NCBI GenBank assembly: GCA_034521465.1 | Contig: JAXHMN010000012.1 | Location: forward strand, 24,359-88,358 | Length of the DNA stretch: 64,000 bases | Origin: Melioribacteraceae bacterium | Lineage (GTDB): Bacteria > Bacteroidota > Ignavibacteria > Ignavibacteriales > Melioribacteraceae | Reading direction: 5' to 3' | In this document: positions 59,241-64,000 of the stretch, one piece after another | Position numbering within the stretch: position 1 is the stretch's first letter | How the letters are laid out: every line of letters begins with the position of its first letter | Position numbers and translations under genes: made by a program | The notes under the pieces: model-generated | Told to the model about the DNA's origin: nothing | Database searches by the model: none | Seen by the model: the letters and a program-made list of their open reading frames with translations, nothing else

Positions 59241-60542
59241 GGACACAAATACAGCAAGTTCGAAGTGCCCGCATATAACGGCGGCTTGTTCAAAGAAAGA
59301 CGAAATTTTAGATAACGTAAAGATTGACGATGAAATTCTATTAGATGATGCGCTTAAACTTTCCACTTACGATTACAGCACCGAAGTTGACGTAAACATT
59401 CTCGGTCACATTTTTGAACACAGCATAAGCGAGATTGAAGAGATAACCGCTGAGCTCGAAGGCGAAGAAAGAGATGCAAGTAAATCTAAACGGAAGAAAG
59501 AAGGCGTCTTTTACACACCGAAATATATTACAAAGTACATTGTCGAAAACACGATCGGCGAACTCTGCGAAACGAAAAAGAAAGAACTTCATCTCGATGA
59601 AATTGATGAAGAAATTTTAGAGAACAGCAAAACCGCAAAAGGAAAACTTACAAAGAAAGCCGAAACACTTTTTAAGAATCTTGAAACTTACCGCGAGTAT
59701 ATTTTATCGCTAAAAATTTTAGACCCGGCGTGCGGAAGCGGTGCTTTCTTGAATCGCATCGTGGTTGATCCCGGTCATCAATTTGGACAACTGGTAATGA
59801 AAGGCAACGAATGTTAATACAGAAGTTATTTTTTCTATGTACCAAGTGGCTAACGACTAGAGCTTGATTGTATTCTCTAACCACACCCCCGCTACAAAAA
59901 AGAAAGTAAATGATGCTGTTAATTTCTATAGAACAGCGGCATGACAGAAGTCTACTTAGATGGGAGCCTTCTCAGTATGTAGCTGATGCATTAAACTTTC
60001 TTAACGAAGGATACTTCCAGAAATGTTGCCAAAGGTTATCTCAAGCAAAGACTTCGAGTTGTGGCGACCAGTATGAAGCTATGAATTCCAAGCGTTGTGG
60101 AAGAAGATTGTTAATAACTCGCGATGATTAATGTTCAAGAAGACGAGATATACAATTTAATTGTGTAAGGAATACTGATCTGAGTGTAGCGTTTTCATAA
60201 AGCTCCCAAAGAATTTTACTACGATTGGAAATTGTCAGACTACTTATCTCGTAAATGGGAAACACGTATCAATATGAACTGAGGAGAAAGAGTCTGTTGC
60301 ATAAGTCACCTTATTGCCGTCCACTTAAGAGTGTTTGTATGCAGAGGTAATCATTTGCCCCGACTTTTAGAAGCTGTGTGAGAACGAATGGGAATGAATA
60401 CTTTAACGAGCACAAGAGAAAATTTTAGAACCGCAAGGCCAAATCAACCAAACTGACCGCGAGATAGACCAACTCGTTTACGAACTCTACGGCTTAACAG
60501 CAAGCGGAGATAAAGACAGTTGAGGAGAGCGTAATACGTTAG
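59241..60542 (+). pseudogene. Remnant of a type IIG restriction-modification / N6-adenine DNA methyltransferase gene (Eco57I/MmeI/PglX-like), truncated and internally deleted
   Basis: 'PAYNGGLF', then after a frameshift 'VNILGHIFEHSISEIEE...KRKKEGVFYTPKYITKYIVENTIGELC...LKILDPACGSGAFLN' (motif I, ending about 59757), where similarity stops. The typical C-terminus 'DREIDQLVYELYGLT..EIKTVEES' sits at about 60455-60542. Only ~650 nt of stop-ridden sequence lies between. Confidence 0.7.
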
Positions 60543-60556
60543 ATCCCACTCTCCTT

Positions 60557-60934
60557 AGTCAATGCTGTCAACTTAAGAATCGGATTGAGCATATCATATA
60601 AATAAAAACAATATTTGGTGATGAAACTTTTGGTTATTTAATTATACTTTTTCTCGATATAAAATCCCGGAGGGATTGAACGTGAATAGAGAATGTTTAT
60701 AAATTAATTAAACCAACCCCGGCGGGGTTGAACAAGTCCTTTCATATTCAACCACTCCGTGGTTGTTGTTCCCTTTTTTTATTATTCTCTTCTATTCACA
60801 TTGAACCCCTACCGGGGTTCAAAAATATATTCACTCCAATCAATATTATTTTGTAACAAACCGCAATTAAATATTTAACAAACGCTAAGGCCATAGTATT
60901 AATGACTTATTTCGCTAAGTTGACAGCATTGACT
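60557..60934. mobile_element. MITE-like non-coding element with 19-bp perfect terminal inverted repeats
   Basis: AGTCAATGCTGTCAACTTA (60557-60575) is the exact reverse complement of TAAGTTGACAGCATTGACT (60916-60934). The interior is itself a near-palindrome centred near 60741-60745. No ORF and no clear target-site duplication. Confidence 0.5.
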
Positions 60935-61285
60935 TTAAAAGAAGCAGCGCATTCTTTTTGAAATACGCTTTGCGAAAGTCGAGCGACAGTTTTAAGCCTC
61001 TTCTGGCTTTTCAAGTCGAAGATCCACTTTGGGACTAGTCGTAGTTTTGGTTTTCATCGGGTGAAGCCACGGGATCAGACTTATGCAACAGACCTCTGGT
61101 GGGCATCTGTGTGCTAATTTTTACTTTAAGTTCTCCATTCTTCTTAAGTTGACAATATGGCTTACCAAGGCAAGGGAATAAGAAACAGGTGATTTGGGAT
61201 AAAGATCAGTATTGGGAAATAATTATGAGAACATCAATAAAAAAGCAATAGGGAGAACATATGAGTAAGGCGGTCATAAATAGTA

Positions 61286-61313
61286 GCAGGGACAAGTCGT
61301 GACTTGTCCCTGC
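61286..61313 (-). terminator. Strong hairpin immediately downstream of the M3 peptidase gene
   Basis: GCAGGGACAAGTC (61286-61298) pairs perfectly with GACTTGTCCCTGC (61301-61313). It lies 10 nt past the stop at 61323-61325. The U-tract is weak. Confidence 0.5.
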
Positions 61314-61322
61314 CAGAAAAAA

Positions 61323-63420
61323 TTAATTCAATCCACGTTTTTCAAGAAGCGGCTCAATAACCGGCTCTTTTCCGCGGAATTTTTTGTAAAGCTCCATTGC
61401 GTCTTCAGTTCCGCCTTTCGATAAAATATAAGTTCTGTATCGATTGGCAATATCAGGATTGTAAACATCGCCGCTTTCTTCAAATGCCGCGAATGCGTCT
61501 GCGTCAAGAACTTCTGCCCAGATGTAACTGTAATAACCGGATGAATAACCACCGGCAAAAATGTGATTGAAATATGTGCTTCTGTAACGTGGTGCAATTT
61601 GTTTGATCAAACCGATTTTATTCATCGATGTATTTTCAAATTCATTTGCATCAAGTTCAACCGGTTCGGTTAACGTATGCCAATCCATATCTAAGAATGA
61701 AGCGGCAAGATATTCAACCGTTGCAAAACCCTGATTGAATTTACCCGATTTATTGATTTTCTGAATTAATTCATCGGGAATCGGTTCTCCGGTTTCATAA
61801 TGTAAAGCGTAGTTTTTTAATACGTCTTCGTGCATGCACCAGTTTTCCATTACTTGCGAAGGAAATTCAACAAAGTCGCGCGGAGTAGCTGTACCGGATA
61901 AACTCGGATAAGTTACATCGGATAACATTCCGTGAAGTGCGTGACCAAACTCATGGAATAGTGTATTCACATTATCAATTGAAAGAAGCGCCGGCTTGTT
62001 TCCGGTTGGTTTTGCAAAGTTTCCAACATTATAGATAATCGGAGTTTTGTAATTGCCGTCTTTATCAATTGATTGTTTTCTGAACGAACTCATCCAAGCC
62101 CCGCCTCGTTTACTTTCACGCGGAAAGTAATCTGTGTAAAGTACAGCAAGATGACTTCCGTCTTTATCTTTTACTTCAAATGTTTTTACATCCGGGTGAT
62201 ATTTTGCGATGTCGTCTCTTTCTTCAAAAGTGATTCCCCATAATCTTGTTGAAAGATCGAACACACCTTTGATCACGTTTGTAACTTCGAAGTAAGGTTT
62301 GAGTTCTTCCTCATCCAAATCATATTTTGCTTTTTTTACTTTTTCAGCATAGTGCCACCAGTCCCAAGCTTCAAGTTCAAAATCATGACCATCGTCGTAG
62401 ATCATTTGCTGCATATCGTCACGCTCTTTCTTGGCAACTTTTAATGCAGGTTCCCACAATTTGTTAAGTAGTTCATAAACTGCTTCGGGATTTTTAGCCA
62501 TAGTTTCTTCGAGTACAAAATCCGCATGTGTATCATAACCAAGTAAGTTTGCGCGTTCAACACGAAGAGCAGCCATCTTAGTCTAAATTTTCTTTGTTGT
62601 CTAATTCGTCGTTGTTATCACCTTTGTGGGTGTAACCTTTGTAAAGTTTTTCTCTTAAATCCCGGCGGGTTGAATAAGTTAGGAAAGGATACATGCTTGT
62701 TCTTTGAATTGTGTAAACATATTTATCGTCATAATCTTTTGCTTTAGCTTCATCAGCGCCCATTTGAATAACATCTTCGGTTAATCCTTCAAGGTCGCTT
62801 TCCTCTAAAACGAGTTCGAATTTGTTTGTCTCTTTCAAAACGTTTTCCCCAAACTGAACCGAGAGAACAGAAAGTTTTTCGTTGATCTCACGGAATCTTT
62901 CGCGAGCTTCTCCTTCTAAATTTGCACCACCGCGTACAAAACTTTTGTAGTACTCTTCTAATAATTTTTCTTGCTCGGTGTTTAAATCTAATGCTTCTTT
63001 GTTTTCATAAACTACTTTTATTCTTTTGAAAAGTTCAGGATTAAGATTTATATCATCGTTATGCTTTGAAAGCATCGGTGAAATTTTCTTTGTGAGTTTT
63101 TGCATTTCATCGTTGGTCATTGATGAATTCATTGCAAAAAATACATTTGTTACTTTGGTGAGCAATGCGCCGCTGTATTCAAGTTCTTTGATTGTGTTAT
63201 CAAATGTCGGCTCTTCGGAATTATCAACAATTGCTTCAATTTCTGCAATCTGTTCTTCAATTCCTTTTTCAATCGCAGGTAAGTAGTGATCTTGTTCAAT
63301 TTGTTCGAACGGCGGAGTGCCGAACGGTGTATTCCATTGTTCAAAGAAAGGATTTGAATTTTGTGCGAGTGTCATAAAAAATACTCCGGAAATTAGAAGA
63401 TAAAAAAGAATTTGTTTCAT
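61323..63420 (-). CDS. dcp: M3-family zinc metallopeptidase (peptidyl-dipeptidase Dcp-like), secreted; apparent frameshift near 62577-62590
   Basis: Signal peptide. 'NPFFEQWNTPFGTPPF' is a Dcp-type N-terminus. 'TLFHEFGHALHGML' carries HExxH. ORFs 62578-63420 and 61323-62576 abut as '...NKENL|KMAALRVERANLLGY'. Confidence 0.85.
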
Positions 63421-63542
63421 CGGGGAACCCCTTTGTTAGTGTAGTTAAATTAAAAGTTCAGGTTAAAGTTATGAAAATTTGGAGAAAATCCGATGGTGGT
63501 TTTGTGCAAAAATGAATATGTGGTTTTTATTTATTTTACCAA

Positions 63543-64000
63543 TTACTCTTTAATTAATGCCATCACCGTATCACCGGCGGAGGGTTCAAAATCTATATCA
63601 TTTGAAAAAACTTTCAATTTTTTCTCAGAATTAATTAAAAATAGTGGAATACAGTCTGCATATTTTTCTTTGAATTTTTCAAAAGTAAATTGTTCTGAGA
63701 GTCTTGTAGACTTAATTTTTGCTCCTTTAGAATATCGTTCATTAAGCGAACGGCAGCTTGTTTTATCTCCGAATACAAATCTGCCGCGTAGATGCTGGGA
63801 GAAAATTTATCATCTTCTTTATTCTCGGATTGTTCCGGCGTAATTTGGTATAACTCCTCTCTTCCAAAAAACTCCGAAAAATGTAAGACTGCAAGCGCAT
63901 TTGCTTCATCGTTTTGAGTAAAAGCCAATAACTTCCCAATTCCATTAAAATTAATTTTATCAAAAATATCTTTTGCGAGAGCAGTGCCATGATAAACTTG
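63543..64000 (-). CDS. C-terminal part of a TrkA-N/TrkA-C (RCK) domain protein (K+ transport or cation:proton antiporter regulatory domain); 5' end outside the window; apparent frameshift near 63690-63710
   Basis: Frame open at the window edge: 'VYHGTALAKDIFDKINFNGIGKLLAFTQNDEANALAVLHFSEFFG' (Rossmann-type RCK pattern). The C-terminus 'FEKFKEKYADCIPLFLINSEKKLKVFSNDIDFEPSAGDTVMALIKE*' is readable in the adjacent frame, ending at 63543. Confidence 0.45.

Noticed and set aside
59910-60131. 73-aa ORF (MMLLISIEQRHDRSLLRWEPSQYVADALNFLNEGYFQKCC...) as a real gene inside the RM remnant. The same question applies to 59341-59592(-) and 59672-59884(-).
   Set aside because: There is no RBS and no recognisable motif. 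The two minus-strand ORFs lie antisense to the clearly methyltransferase-derived frame, and the + ORF lies within stop-ridden degraded sequence.
59757-60420. Group II intron, retron msr/msd or another large structured RNA interrupting the RM gene.
   Set aside because: There is no reverse transcriptase or maturase ORF. I found no GUGYG 5' end or domain-V-like hairpin. Faint protein-like fragments in several frames fit decayed coding sequence better. Not excluded rigorously without covariance-model searches.
60664-60820. Possible CRISPR array, because the hairpins end in ...GGGATTGAAC / ...GGGGTTGAAC, reminiscent of CRISPR repeat 3' ends.
   Set aside because: There are only four units, with non-identical sequences, mixed orientation and irregular spacing (34-55 nt). 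There are no cas genes, and the block as a whole is palindromic. It behaves like a REP/MITE-type structure, not a direct-repeat array.
4303-63377. Many 60-120-aa ORFs in the six-frame track that lie antisense to, or out of frame within, longer recognisable genes. Examples: 4303-4506, 4544-4735, 4780-5013, 11184-11390, 11783-12049, 13512-13772, 14360-14638, 15282-15557, 15847-16062, 17661-18042, 18102-18371, 18451-18744, 19174-19398, 22443-22757, 23719-23934, 24456-24892, 26614-26865, 27599-28181, 30498-30722, 30894-31124. Also 32915-33196, 34801-35166, 35620-36156, 36132-36774, 37094-37276, 42483-42713, 43256-43447, 43859-44107, 45091-45306, 48363-48657, 50946-51134, 51225-51449, 52115-52297, 52922-53289, 55183-55368, 56092-56283, 58137-58545, 61328-61597, 63026-63377.
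   Set aside because: Each is fully or largely contained in a longer ORF with clear family motifs on the other strand or frame. Their sequences are low-complexity or lack motifs, and none has a convincing RBS. They are treated as shadow ORFs.

Overview
AT-rich bacterial chromosome window, by eye roughly one third G+C (not computed). It looks like an FCB-group organism (Ignavibacteriota/Bacteroidota-like): one secreted protease carries a T9SS-type C-terminal sorting domain ('NYPNPFNPTTSIEY...GVYFYKL'), and Shine-Dalgarno sites (GGAGG) are in use. Content is mostly accessory and envelope functions. These include two partner-switching modules (STAS / PP2C / RsbW-like kinase), PAS histidine kinases, an ECF sigma/anti-sigma operon next to a PrsW protease and a 980-aa metalloprotease/propeller/beta-barrel protein, and a polar amino-acid ABC importer with several substrate-binding domains. 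There is also a long glycosyltransferase/radical-SAM/metallophosphoesterase locus containing the DUF2064 + GT2 pair and DUF547, two DUF3179 paralogs with a DsrE-like protein and an outer-membrane barrel, and a redox cluster (Rieske-GltB-like, AhpD-like, thioredoxin-like, Crp/Fnr). A more G+C-rich islet holds TetR + GT1 glycosyltransferase followed by a decayed type IIG-like restriction-modification gene and a palindromic MITE-like element. No rRNA, tRNA, CRISPR array or intact transposase was recognised. The strongest sequence-level observation is a 16-bp palindrome, TGTCAA-N4-TTGACA, present five times. Each copy sits exactly 21 nt upstream of a -10-like hexamer, which is class II Crp/Fnr geometry. 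Together they define a small regulon: YceI plus a Cys-rich 'NPC'-repeat micro-ORF, the DUF3179 genes, an outer-membrane barrel and two unknowns. Main caveat: about 25 apparent frameshifts interrupt otherwise recognisable genes, which points to indel-prone assembly and/or gene decay. Frameshift positions are approximate. All family calls come from motif recognition by eye, not from searches.
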